DNA of 64,000 bases. It comes from Macrostomum hystrix. Its lineage: Eukaryota; Animalia; Platyhelminthes. Under the pieces are notes generated by a model. It did not search any database, had not been told where the DNA came from, and saw nothing but the letters and a program-made list of their open reading frames with translations. Positions 13,701 to 25,831 of this stretch are shown here, piece by piece (within the stretch, counting starts at the first letter, position 1; every line of letters starts with the position of its first letter). The position numbers and the translations under genes were made by a program. Location of the stretch: contig CATNEN010000034.1 in assembly GCA_950097015.1 (NCBI GenBank), positions 2,418,001 to 2,482,000 on the forward strand, given 5' to 3'.

Positions 13701-16700
13701 CTTGTCAAGAACTATTCGTGCAGCCTTTGGCAAGCTGCTTTGCCCTGATGTGCAGACAGTCTACTCAGCTGCAAATGAGTACCGACATTTCGTCGGCTAA
13801 TAATAATTCCGGCTGGCCTGGAATAAAGCAGTTCTGTGGGCAATTCAGTGGGGTTTGGATGCTGCCGATATGTTTGGAAAAAATAAATTCCATTACTGAC
13901 ACGCGGCTGTCAACCGGTGTCCGAGAGAGCCGGGGAGTACATTAGGTGTGCAGTCCCCACCTGCTAGTGTGCTTGACACAACACCTGCACTGGCCCTTGG
14001 GTCTAGTGTCAAGGATGATTATTATTATTAAAAAGCCAGAACTCAAACAAAAATAGAAATTAACGATAGTATAAGAAACCAAAATGGAAACAATATTATC
14101 AATCTTGCGCGCACCACTCGAAGCTATGTATTGTTCTCTTATACGTTACCATGGTGACAGCCGACGCGTCGAATATTTAAACATAAAAAACTGCTTCCTT
14201 CAGAAGCTTGCGCCAAAGCAGCAGAAGCCGGCCTCGCCGGGCAAGGAGCCGTCCAGCCAGAGGCTATCAGAACAGCGGCAACCTCAACAGACCGCAGCTG
14301 CCGCAGGCGACGATTTCGATGCAGGCTCTGATCTGCCCGAAGGTCTGGACGCTACCGCAGTCGCTGCGTCTAATCAAAGCTACGCCGAAAACGAAGCGGA
14401 ATACGCTGAAGAAGAGGAGGCTGACGAGTCTTCCCAGCAGTCCATGGTTGGCGGCGGCGGCGGAGATCTGCTGAGCGAACTGCGCCAGTCCGCGGACCAG
14501 CAGTGGTCTGAGCGACTGCGCCAGGCCGAGGCGGAGCTGGACGCGGCTAGGCGTGGCGAAGCCGAAGCCGCCGGAGCTGCCGAACGGTTGCAGCGCGAGC
14601 TGGCAGAACTAAGGCCGCGTCTGGAGACGCTGGAGGCCGAAGCGGCTGCTGCTGCAGCTGCCACCGCTGCAGGCGCTGAATTGGCGAAGCAGGTAACCAA
14701 TATCTTCCAAATCAATTATTCATACTGTTGAAATCTGTTCGATTTAGTTTATCATATTCTCAAATAAGTTCTTAAGTCTCAATTTATAGTGCTTTGCTTT
14801 TATTTCCTCAGTAATAAATCTGCACATTTTATCCCAAATATCGCAAATTTTTTTTGCTTCCGGTATCACAAAATCTTGTCCTGGATCGTTCCCTTTGGAT
14901 CCATTTTCCGGCTCCACAAATGGTTTTAATGTGCCATTGTTTTCCAATTTCAGATCCCATTAGAAGATTATGTCATCACTATCCTCAGATTGTATCACAC
15001 CACCTTCCAGATCCCAAAATCCTTAGATTGTATCAAATACTTCAGATCCCAAAATCCTCAGATTGTATCACCACCTTCCAGATCCCAAAATCCTCAGATT
15101 GCATCGCATCTTTGATCCCCAATTCCTCTTGCAGGAGGGCGGCGAACAGAAGCAGCCTCAACGCAATGTTCTGGAGCACAAATACCAAGTGGCGCTGTAC
15201 CAGATCGCCTCGCTTCAGCAGGAGCTGAAACGGCGTCAGGAGCGCGAGGACCTCCTGACCGGGCCGGAGCCGCGCAAGGAAGCCGAATTAGTCGCCGAGC
15301 TCATGCAGCTTCGGGATCGTTGCTCAGCCCAGGATGCGGCGGTGGCTGCGCTGCGCGATCGTCTTGGCGAGGCTGACAAGCGAGCCGCGTCGGCTGCCGA
15401 GCGCCTTCGAGCCAGCCTGACAGACGGCGCCAGGCTGTTAGCCGAGTTAGCGCAGGACTACAGCGCCGCCTGCACTCGGGACAATGTCGAGCCAGCTAAA
15501 CGACTGCTGGAGCTGGCCTCCGCTATTGCCGCGGTGAGATTTTTTAGGCTACATGAATTAGTGAATTTTTATATTTTTGGGTCCTGGCGTTAGATGTCTG
15601 GTAGGTTATGGGGTTGGATGTCTGGTAGGTTATGGGGTTGGATGTCCGGTAGGTTATGGGGTTGGATGTCCGGTAGGTTATGGGGTTGGATGTCCGGTAG
15701 GTTATGGGGTTGGATGTCTGGTTGGTTCTAGAGTTTGATGTCTGGTGGGTTATGGGGTTTGATGTCTGGTTGGTTCTAGAGTTTGATGTCTGCTGGGTTA
15801 TGGGGCTTGATGTCGGGTAGGTTATGGGGCTTGATGTCTGGTTGGTTCTAGAGTTTGATGTCTGGTGGGTTATGGGGTTTGATGTCTGGTTGGTTCTAGA
15901 GTTTGATGTCTGGTGGGTTATGGGGCTTGATGTCTGGTAGGTTATGGGGCTTGATGTCTGGTTGGTTCTAGAGTTTGATGTCTGGTGGGTTCTTGAGTTT
16001 GATGTCTGGTAGGTTCTTGAGTTTGATGTCTGGTAGGTTCTTGAGTTTGATGTCTGGTAGGTTCTTGAGTTTGATGTCTGGTAGGTTCTTAGCGACCCAT
16101 CCGATTCTGTTCTGCGGATCTGCTATCGCCAGAATCGTCATTTTATTTGTTCTCCCGGAAAGCGGCAATCTGGGACTTAAATCTTAACGTTCTGTCTTTT
16201 CCCCTTGACCGTCAATTTTACAGCCAAGTCTCGAGGCGCCAGCCGAAACTGACCCAGCCACCCTGACGCCTACCAACGAAGTCTTCGTTGACAGCGAGAA
16301 CACCGCAACCGCGGCCGCAGCCGCCGCAGCCGCCGATGCCGCGGAGCGCGCAGCCAAGGAGCAGCAGCGCCAGTGCGACCTGATGCGTCTGTTGCGTCGC
16401 CACCTAGCCGAAGCCCTGGAACGCGGCGCCGTCGGCAACGGAGGCAACAATGGCGGCGAGGGCAGCGACAGCCTGGAAGTGGAAGCGGCCATGTCTGAGC
16501 TGCGCGATCAGAATGCCAAACTGCGCGCTGCTCTGTCGGCCAAGCGGGAACAGATTGCCGCCCTGCGCGGTGTGCTCAAGACTAACAAGAACACGGCCGA
16601 GGTGGCGCTGGCCAATCTCAAGCAGAAGTACGAGAATGAGAAGTGCCTAGTTACCGAGACCATGCTGAAGCTGCGCGGCGAGCTGCGCGCATTGAAAGAG

Positions 16701-17141
16701 GACGCCGCAACCTTTGCCAGCCTGCGCGCCATGTTTGCCCAGCGCTGCGAGGAGTACGTCACCCAGATGGACGAGCTGCAGCGCCAGCTCCAGGCCGCCA
16801 ATGAGGAGAAGAAGACTTTGAACTCTCTGCTGCGAATGGCCATCCAGCAGAAACTGATGGTCACCCAGCAGCTGGAGGATCTGGAGATGGAGAAATCGCG
16901 TAGGTATGTCAGCCCGCCCGGCACGATGTCAACGCCGCCGCCGCCACCTCAGCCGCAGCCGACGGCGCCATCGCCGGCTGCTGCTGCTGCTGCTGCTGCT
17001 GTTTCAGCGGCGGCCGCTTACGTGAATCAGCGCCATCATCACCAGCAGTATATTCCTAATTCTGCCGGCTTGCTGCCAAGTTATCTGCCAAGTCACCACC
17101 AGCAGCCGCATCCTTATGTACTGCAGCAACATCAGTTTCAA

Positions 17142-17184
<43 letters not shown>

Positions 17185-17556
17185 TGCAGCGAGGTGTTGG
17201 CTCCGCAATCGCTGGTTCAGTGCATGTGAGTTATTTATATGCATTCCTTGGCTACAAATGCTTCTATGGTTAAAATCTATCGTCCTTTTCCTGGCGCATG
17301 GTGGGTGAAATCTGCATGCCTTGTTTGCTCACCCAATTTGTCTAAAAATTTCTGCTAGTTAAATTGCATTTTATTGTTCTCTGCGCCGCCACAGCGGCAT
17401 CAGCAGCAGCAGTCGACTAGGCGTTCTCGGCGTGGTGCCGCCGGCGGTGGCCACTGGCAACACCAGCGGCAACAGCAGCAGCAACTGCAGCAGCAGCAGC
17501 AGCTGGAGGAACCCATTGCAGAGATAGATGCAGAATCTCAGGATCAGCAGTATTGA
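7755..17556 (+). CDS. BicD: Protein bicaudal D (dynein adaptor); exons 7755-7970, 9725-10399, 14204-14692, 15135-15533, 16224-17225, 17395-17556
   Basis: All junctions are GT..AG, phase 0 and in frame. N-terminal coiled coil with ESASRE and [14 protein letters not shown]. Near-invariant BicD cargo-binding C-terminus [34 protein letters not shown]...[21 protein letters not shown]...[16 protein letters not shown]. The last exon junction is less certain (alternative donor at 16904). Confidence 0.95.
10428..12625. repeat. 23-bp purine-rich minisatellite (GTGACTAAAAGGGAGGTGAGAGA)n in BicD intron 2
   Basis: Period 23 over ~2 kb, preceded by degenerate GACTGAAAC-containing units. Confidence 0.95.
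13303..13530 (-). mobile_element. Degenerate copy of tRNA-SINE family A (internally deleted)
   Basis: Shares GATACTGTACGCAGACACAC..GTGTACATCTGCCCTGAC..TCAGGCAGTGTAC..TTGGCCCTCAA with 22970-23331. Confidence 0.7.
13635..14026 (+). mobile_element. Full-length tRNA-derived SINE (family B)
   Basis: Pol III A box TAGCTCAGTCAG, B box GTTCGACTCC (13687-13696), (ATT)n tail, flanked by 12-bp TSD ATTAAAAAGCYA (13623-13634 / 14027-14038). Confidence 0.9.
14950..15120. repeat. Short degenerate tandem repeat (CAGATCCCAAAATCCTCAGATTGTATCA core) in BicD intron 3
   Basis: About four imperfect copies. Confidence 0.75.
15592..16090. repeat. 24-bp minisatellite in BicD intron 4
   Basis: Units GATGTCTGGTAGGTTATGGGGTTG grading into GATGTCTGGTAGGTTCTTGAGTTT. 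Confidence 0.92.
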
Positions 17557-20500
17557 TAATTAATCCAGAATTATATTGCGTCAGTATGAAAACTTGTTCC
17601 CCTACTCAAAATCATAGTTATAACTTTGTTATGTTTTTTGCTTTCATATTGATAGTGCTAACATAAAAAAATCTATTTCAGTATTATTCATACTCATTTT
17701 TGCGTGCACTTCATATCTAACTCGATTTCTTTCATGAGATCTCTAACCATCTAATGTGTCCAATTCGGAAAATACTCAATCTGACCGAATCTGCTTTGCA
17801 GAAGAGAAAATCTGGTTTGCTTAAGCAGCGTCAGTCCGTCATTTCACTGTGCTACAGTCGGCAGCAGTGAAACAAGGTGGAAGCGTTTGAGTTTAGCGCC
17901 AATTTACTCAAATTATCCAGATAGTAGAGTTACGATTTTACTACTTAAAAGATGAACAATTTAAGTAGACCACTTTATCTCGTTGATAACATATTGCAAT
18001 TTTTGTTTTAGAATAAAATTCTTTATTTGCTACTTGCTACTAAAAGTAGTGCAGTGCTAACATGTGCGCTTTCAAAATTACTGTAAAGAACTGATTTCTA
18101 ACTCTGAAATAAGCAGAATCATATTTAATGCGGCCAATATTTGTGCTGTGTGTAACATCAAATTATCAAATTATTTAATTCACACTTTCGCATTGATACT
18201 CACTTTCTCATTTCCACCTGATTACAATTTCAGAGGCCGATCTATTTCCAACTGCCGAGAAAGGATCCGAAGTAGGGCCACTCATTCTAATAGAAGGTTT
18301 TGTCGTCGAGTTGACTCGTCGCATGAATTATCTGGCTTTTCTACACAGCTGAGCCACTGAACTTAATGCTTGCGTTTTCTCAGTTGCTATGGTTACTATA
18401 ATCTCACTTAATTTTCTGCTGGCATTATAAGGCTTGTACCGCTCCAGTCATCAATTGTTACCTATTGTTCCTATTGTTATCTACTATAAGAACTAAATTA
18501 TAATGAAGTATAAATATCGATGGATACAAAACTGATTTGTCTTTCTCTCCTATTGAAGGGCTATTTGCTTATCTATCTATTCTTTACTTATCGAAAGTCC
18601 TATATATATTATGTTAGTCTACCGCTAAGGGCACACTTTAGACAATGGCTGCCTTTGTTATTTGAATTCAAATTTATGCATAGTTCTACACTAGACTGTA
18701 CTCAAATTCCATGTGCAATTTTCGTGTGTATATTGTGTGTACAAGAAAAATGGTTTTGACAGATTTTCTGTTAGACGTACTAACATGGATGCAATCATAG
18801 ATTACATCAGAGCTTCTTAATTACAAATTTTTAATTTTTGTTTGTTTTCATCGCCTTACCTGAAGTGCTTAATACATGCTAGGGCTCTAAAAGAATTGTT
18901 TTCCGGGTCCGGGAGTCCGGGAGTTTAAACCTAAGCCCTCGACGAACAATAGCACTTGATTCCCGACTGCTTCCAGTGCTAGCATTAGCTGGGATATAAA
19001 ATTTAAGTACTCAACCCTTAGGATACTCAACTCGGAGGACATGGATACAGCTGAGACCATTGACTGTACATCGGGTGTTTAGCTTTGTTCTCCAGGTGTT
19101 ACATCTAAAATCCTAAATGTTGTCAATTTACCGGATTTACGTAGATTTCCAGGTTTTTAATGTGTAAATGTTTTTGGGATTTCGAATCTTTATGATCACT
19201 TCTGATCTAGGTCTCATTAGTAATCTGCTAATTTAAAAGTTTTACCTACCTTTTTCTCTTTTTACATATTATCGATTCGATGATTCGAACAGTTTCTACT
19301 CTGGGTTTTGTACTATATTACATACAAAATCTAATAAAGAAAATATTTTTTAACTTTATCTAGAAAGTAAGTTCATTTTTGCAAGTTTACTATAAAAATG
19401 CTTCAGCTTGCTCTCCTGGCGATGAAATTTTAGAATAGTGAATAATTGAGATTTTATTCTGTATGCTTATTTCTGCTTTTGTCTATTGAACTGTATAGTT
19501 AGTTTCATAACTTATTATACTATTGTCGCGTTCAAACAGCTCTAGCTGCTTTGGCTTGCCTTCGCGCCTCACTGTCTCTCTTCTTTATCGCAAAAAATGT
19601 TACAGGTTTTTGGTCTCGCCTTCTGCTTCTCTTGTTCTTGCAATGCCTCATCATATTGACATTTTCGAGTAGTGTGCTTAGGCTTTTATACAATTATTTG
19701 TTCTCTGCTACTTAGGCCAGCCTTGTGACTTACGCCACATTCCTTAAACACAAAACGTTAAATAAAGTGCGATTCCAGTGCTGCCCATTGTTGATTTATT
19801 ATGTTTCGAGCAAGTGCCTAGACTGCATTTTTATGCTTTAAATATTTATCTTCTACTTATATCTAAACATAAGATACGTTATTGTTTGGTTACATACACA
19901 GAAATTAACAAATGCTTGTAGTTTTTCTAACTAGCTGCAGTCTTGAAATCAATGTGAAGCCTTTAAAAAAACTGCCTTTGCCTAATTTTTGTATACATAT
20001 TACTAATTTATAATTTGGCTTGTTTTATCAACTGTAAACGCAATCCAAAAATAATGGCTGTCAGGTCTCGTATCGCGTTATTTTATAGTTTCACTTATTT
20101 AAAATTCATAGCATCACAAATAAAAGTAAGCACAAACTCGTTTCCTTTGCTTACTACGTGAAACACAATAGTGATTCTGTATGTTGGAGTAAAATTTCTG
20201 TTTTGGCAATAAATTATAATTTCAAGGAGTTAACAAAGAGCGATGCTAGAAGCTTTTAAGTCGCGTTGATTAATTTTATCGCTTATCTGTTGAATTGCCT
20301 TATACTCTTCCTCGCAAAGTAGTGCTTTCAGTCCTCTTATTTCAAAGACCTATATTAATTAAGTAGGGTGATTAATGCTCATACCATTAATTACCCGACA
20401 CAAAGATAAAAGAATCAAATGTGGCATCGCTTATGTATTCTAATAATTCTAGTCATTAAAAATTTCGACAAGATAATGTTAGATAAAGATTTCATACATG

Positions 20501-21663
20501 GTTTTATGAATAATGCTTGCAATAAGACTTACTAGAGAAAGTAATTAGGAAGTGGCTATTAGTACGGCATTTACGCGTAAATTTAAATTTACGAATCTAT
20601 GTGTCGACCGTAATTATTATTATTATATATAAAGTTGACCAGTGCATGTCCCGACTCCCAACGGTTACAATATGTATGATAAAGATAAACGTATTTTTTT
20701 ACAAATAAATACCATCCAAGTATTAACATTCGTTCGAAATAAATTAAAAGTTTGAATAGAATTTATGCTTTCTTTTAGTCGATGTGCAGCCCATTTCGTT
20801 TCTATTCAGCTAAGTTTTTAAGGATTTGTTTCCAATTTTTAACATTTTAACTCAAGTTACTCGACTATCCATCAATTAAGCATTCTGCCATTCCAGAGGC
20901 ACCAAGGACCCATTTTTAAAGCAAGGCATCCTAATGCTAAAATCAGACAGTCCAGGCAGCCTTAGACAGACAGCCTTATTACTAAGGCCCAATAAAATGT
21001 TGTTACTTAAAAAGTTAGCTTAAGCTATTGACATTTTAGGCCTACTATAACATAATTATTATTTATACTTATATTTTAAAGAATTACAATAGTATAAAAA
21101 TATTTTAGGTGGCAAAGTGGACTGACAGGAGATGGACTGGAAACTAATAGATAAATAGGCATATTAGGCAAGTACTATTATCTCTACAAGTACAGTGAAT
21201 AAAAATTAACTAATAAATATTTTTTCTAAGGAAGCTAGGTCAATTATAAGGTTTAAAAAGATACAAATATATTATCACATTAGGATTTTAATATTTCTGT
21301 GTTTTCAGTACCTTACTCGTTAGGTTTTTGTTGGCTGTCAATCTTTCAAAGTCAGTTTTATATTCAAAAAAGTTCTGCCCTAATGCAAGTTTTAAATTCA
21401 TTTCAAGCTTTTCATCAGTTTTATTATTTTTTGATTCAGTGAATTAATTTTTGGTTGAAAGTTTGAAAGTCATATCACTCACTTGAAAAGTTTAAATCCA
21501 AACCTTTACTTCCTTTTAATCATTAAACAAAAAGTTTATTGTTATTGATTATGCTAATATACAGCAAATAATTTAGGCCTAGCCTTTCTCATGCTTAGGC
21601 CTTTTTGCACACCCTTCTGGCACTAACTTCTGGGGTAATACACTAGTAAAAAATATTCTGCAG

Positions 21664-24600
21664 CGAAAGAAGGCTTTAACAGCAGTGGCGGCAGCTGCGC
21701 CTGCATTTGCCAGCAACATCGGCATTTGGCACTCCCTTGCCTGTCCATCAGCCGAGTTGAACCTTGGCGTTACCTTGGCCTGTGGCCAGAGTTTTCGCTG
21801 GCGCCATCTGGAGCTTGATGGCTGCTGGGCTGGTGTCCACTCTGACAGGGTCTGGCTACTGCGAAGGCCTAATTCTGAGTATATCGAGTTTCAGGTTGGA
21901 GTCCTGTGGGTGTGACTGGGATTATCTCAGATGCTCAGTTTGGGATTGGAATCTTCCCAAATCCACTGATTGTGATTGGAATCTTCCCACATCCTCTGGT
22001 TGTGATTGGAATCTTCCCAAATCCTCTGGTTGTGATTGGAATCTTCCCAAATCCTCTGGTTGTGATTGGAATCTTCCCAAATCCTCTGGTTGTGATTGGA
22101 ATCTTCCCAGATCCTCTGGTTTTGATTGGAATCTTCCCAAATCCTCTGGTTGTGATTGGAATCTTCCCAAATCCTCTGGTTGTGATTGGAATCTTCCCAG
22201 ATCCTCTGGTTGTGATTGGAATCTTCCCAGATCCTCTGGTTGTGATTGGAATCTTCCCAGATCCTCTGGTTTTGATTGGAATCTTCTCAAATCATCTGTG
22301 TGTGGTTGGAATCTTCCCAGATCCTCTGGTTGTGATTGGAATCTTCCCAGATCCTCTGGTTGTGATTGGAATCTTCCCAGATCCTCTGGTTGTGATTGGA
22401 ATCTTCCCAGATCCTCTGGTTGTGATTGGAATCTTCCCAGATCCTCTGGTTGTGATTGGAATCTTCCCAGATCATCTGGTTTTGATTGAAATCTTCCCAG
22501 ATCCTCTGGTTATCCTCTAGTCTGAAAATGGCTATTGGAATAGAGTCAAGCTTTTAGAAATAATGTTTAGATATTGTCCGCAGGTTTACCCACCGGTGGC
22601 TGACCCCACTGTGGATCGGCAGCAGCTGGTCGACTATCTCCGCCTAGACGGGCCAACTCTGGTCAGCCTGTACAACGGCTGGAGCTCAGCAGATCCTGTG
22701 TTTCGCTCAGTCTGCAGCCAATTCCCGGAGGTTCGAGTTCGCCTACTCCGACAATGCCCGCTAGAGAATCTGTTCAGCTTCATCTGCTCCTCAAATAATA
22801 ACATTGCCAGAATTAGCCAGCTGGTTGAGAAGCTTTGCCTGCACTTTGGCTGCCTAATCTGCACTGTTGACGGGCGCGAGTATTATAGCTTTCCGCAGGT
22901 GAGCCAAGGCCCTTCGGTGTTTTGGATGTGTGGAGCATCTACTAAAGGATAATCCTGTCTTACATGATATAATAATAATAGTTGCAGGAGGGCTGCGGGC
23001 AGTGCCCATAATTTAGTGACACTTGACCCGCAGCCAGTGAGGAGGCAATTCTGGCCATTTCGCTGACTCCTGAGCACACACGCACACAGAACTGTACGCA
23101 GACACACGTCCACACAGGTGTGTACATCTGCCCTGACTTTCTCATCATCAGGCAGTGTACATTTCACTGTGCCTTGGAGGTTGGCCCTCAAGGGCGTAAA
23201 TTGCTCGACAAGCCCCCAAGCCTTCTCTCCGTGGCTGCGCCCCAAATGAATGTGGCCTCGCTGTGGAATCGAACGTAGGGACCGTGGTGCGAGAGGCAAA
23301 CGCGATAACCGCTCTGCCACTGATCGCCCCATCTTACATGATAGTTCCCATTAAAATCCATGGACAAGCAACCCAATGAATGCATGAAGTCACTCCCAAC
23401 CAAAAAAGTCTATTAGACGTGCATTTTACGCCCTTGAGGGCCAACCTCCAAGGCGCAGTGAAATGTACACTGCCTGACGATGAGAAAGTCAGGGCAAATG
23501 TACACACCTGTGTGAGCGTGTGCCTGCGTACAGTATCTGTGTGCGTGTGTGCTCAGGAGTCAGCGAAATGGGCAGAATTGCCTCCTCGCTGGCTGTGGGT
23601 CTAGTGTCACTAATTGATGTGGCATTGCCCGCAGCCCTCCTGCGATTATTATTATTATTCCCCTAGCAACACCGTAGTTAATCGCCTAGCAAAGCTGTAA
23701 TTACTCACCTAGCAACGCTGTGATTACTCCCCTAGCAACACTGTGATTACTCCCCTAGCAACGCTGTGATTACTCCCCTAGCAACACTGTGATTACTCCC
23801 CTAGCAACGCTGTGATTACTCCCCTAGCAACGCTGTAGTTAATCGCCTAATAACGACGTGGTCAATTCCCAAGCAACGCTGTGGTCAATTTCTAATCATA
23901 ATCCGAAATCTAGGTTGCGGACCTTTGTGACGCGGAAGTGGAACCTCGCCTTCGCGCCCTCGGCTTCGGCTATCGGGCCAGATTCATCGTGGAGAGCGCG
24001 CGACGCCTCCTTGATCTGGGCGGCGCTGATTGGCTCGCCGATCTGCGCTTATCTCCGCCCGAGGTCATCAGGCGTCGTCTAGTTGGCGAATTTAGCGGCG
24101 TAGGTCGCAAAGTGGCCGACTGCGTCTGCCTGATGTCACTAGATCAGCTGCACCTGGTGCCAGTGGATGTTCACGTAATGCGCATAGCCAGGACTCTCTA
24201 CGGCCTGCCTGCGTCGACTAAAAGCCTCACCGAGGCTGCCTATCAGGTTGAATTCTTATTAACTTTATTTTGGAATGGCAGGATTCACTTCCGGTTCTGG
24301 ATATCTTCCTTCTGGAATCGTAGGAGTCACTTTCGGTTCTGGGTATCGACCTTGTGGAATCGCAGGATTCATTTCTGGTTCTGGGTATCGTCCTTGTGGA
24401 ATCGCAGGAGTCATTTCCGGTTTTGGGTATCGACCTTGTGGAATCGCAGGATTCATTTCCGGTTCTGGGATCGTCCTTATTTGGAAGTTTTGACAGTTTA
24501 GGAATCGTCATGGATCTAGTGTTTGGCCTTCTCTCACTTCTCAGTTCCCTCATCTCCTAGGCCATCAGCGAATTCTTCCCAACCCTGTGGCAGCCGCACG

Positions 24601-24836
24601 CCGGTTGGGCGCACACGGTGCTGTTCTCAGCTGACCTGGCTCGCTTCCAGCATCTGCGCACAACGGCCGATGGCCCGAAACCTGACCTGCTCGCGTTGAG
24701 CGTCGAGCCGGTGATTGCTGAAGTTCAAGAAGACGCATCGACTGCTGTTAGCTTCTCGACGGCAGCTGACGGGGCTGGCTCGCGCAAACGAAAACGAAAG
24801 GGTCAGCCAAGGGGTCTAATAAAGCACGCAGTCTGA
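21664..24836 (+). CDS. OGG1: 8-oxoguanine DNA glycosylase / AP lyase; exons 21664-21894, 22584-22898, 23914-24246, 24561-24836; start exon not located
   Basis: LGVTLACGQSFRW, VRLLRQCPLENLFSFICSSNNNIARI, LRALGFGYRA, HhH-GPD motif GVGRKVADCVCLMSLDQLHLVPVDVH (catalytic Lys and Asp present), AGWAHTVLFSADL, C-terminal RKRKRK NLS. All introns phase 0 and GT..AG. Confidence 0.95.
21944..22512. repeat. 30-bp minisatellite in OGG1 intron
   Basis: (GATTGGAATCTTCCCAGATCCTCTGGTTGT)n. Confidence 0.95.
22970..23331 (-). mobile_element. Full-length tRNA-derived SINE (family A)
   Basis: On minus: A box TGGCAGAGCGG (23319-23309), B box GTTCGATTCC (23274-23265), (ATT)n tail; 12-bp TSD TCTTACATGATA (22958-22969 / 23332-23343). 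Confidence 0.9.
23419..23659 (+). mobile_element. 5'-truncated SINE family A copy, inverted relative to 22970-23331
   Basis: Body and (ATT)n tail are the reverse complement of 22970-23224. Confidence 0.88.
23660..23880. repeat. 24-bp minisatellite (CTAGCAACGCTGTGATTACTCCCC)n
   Basis: Tandem units between the SINE tail and the OGG1 exon 3 acceptor. Confidence 0.85.
24270..24475. repeat. 42-bp minisatellite in the last OGG1 intron
   Basis: About five copies; 14-aa periodic ORF RIHFRFWVSTLWNR. Confidence 0.85.
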
Positions 24837-24957
24837 TGAATATTTGAGACTGGCTGGGATTTTGGTTAATGAAAGATTTTTTATTAGTTTTTTTATCTTT
24901 ATCTCTCCTTAAACTACCTTTTATAATTAAGCATTGTTTAAGGATTTAAGTTTTGCT

Positions 24958-25162
24958 GCATTGTCTGTATTTACAGTCTTGTCTGTATTTACAGCCTTGT
25001 CTGTATTTAAGGCCTTGTCTGTATTTAAGGCCTTGTCTGTATTAACAGTCTTGTCTGTATTTACAGTCTTGTCTGTATTTACAGTCTTGTCTGTATTTAC
25101 AGCCTTTTCTGTATTTACAGTCTTGTCTGTATTTACAGCCTTGTCTGTATTTACAGTCTTGC
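24958..25162. repeat. 18-bp minisatellite (TTGTCTGTATTTACAGTC)n downstream of the OGG1 stop
   Basis: Period 18. Confidence 0.9.
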
Positions 25163-25831
25163 ACAATATAGTACATGCATTTGTGCCGATCTGACAAAAG
25201 CTAAACGAATAATCGGTACATACTCTAAACAGTGGCTTCCCACCTGCAGTATCTATTTACAGATATTTGTACGGTTGAAAACTTAAATGTTTATAGTTAG
25301 AAATGCACTTTTATCTGTAGCACTTTTGTCTGCATTTTTAAACCTATTTACGGTGCATTGTTGGCAGTTTGCCTCGACTTCGGAGTGTGTCCTTTTGCAA
25401 CATAACACTATTATGTATCAATGCATTTTCAATGTTAAAGTACAAAAAAGACACAAAGTTAGAGTTGCAAGCATTGGCATCAATTCTGTTTATCTCTTCG
25501 ATGGGCCAATTAACTGAATCACTCGGTTAGATAGTGTACGATCTATGATAGTTTACAGAATTTTTTGTTGAATAATAATTGATCAGAGACTATATTTAGT
25601 ATCCTATAAAAGCAAGTGAAAAGTAGATCTGAACTTTAGCTGGGTTAGAAATTCAGGTGGGTGTACATACGAGAGTAATACACGATTACTAAGTCAGATT
25701 CTTTAAGGCTCGAATAAATGTGTACAAGAAAATAATTTATTGACCATACATTTTAAGATACTTAGCTGCGATACTGTAAGCAACTCTTTAATAATATTCG
25801 TCACATTCACCTGCAAATTGAAATTCAACCA

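Noticed and set aside
13635-13710. tRNA gene
   Set aside because: A and B boxes are present, but the sequence continues into a SINE body with an ATT tail and TSD, and there is no complete cloverleaf acceptor stem.
17780-18360. Extra alternative BicD terminal exons (acceptors near 17781 and 18233)
   Set aside because: They give only short open frames with no conservation cue and are indistinguishable from 3' UTR noise without RNA data.
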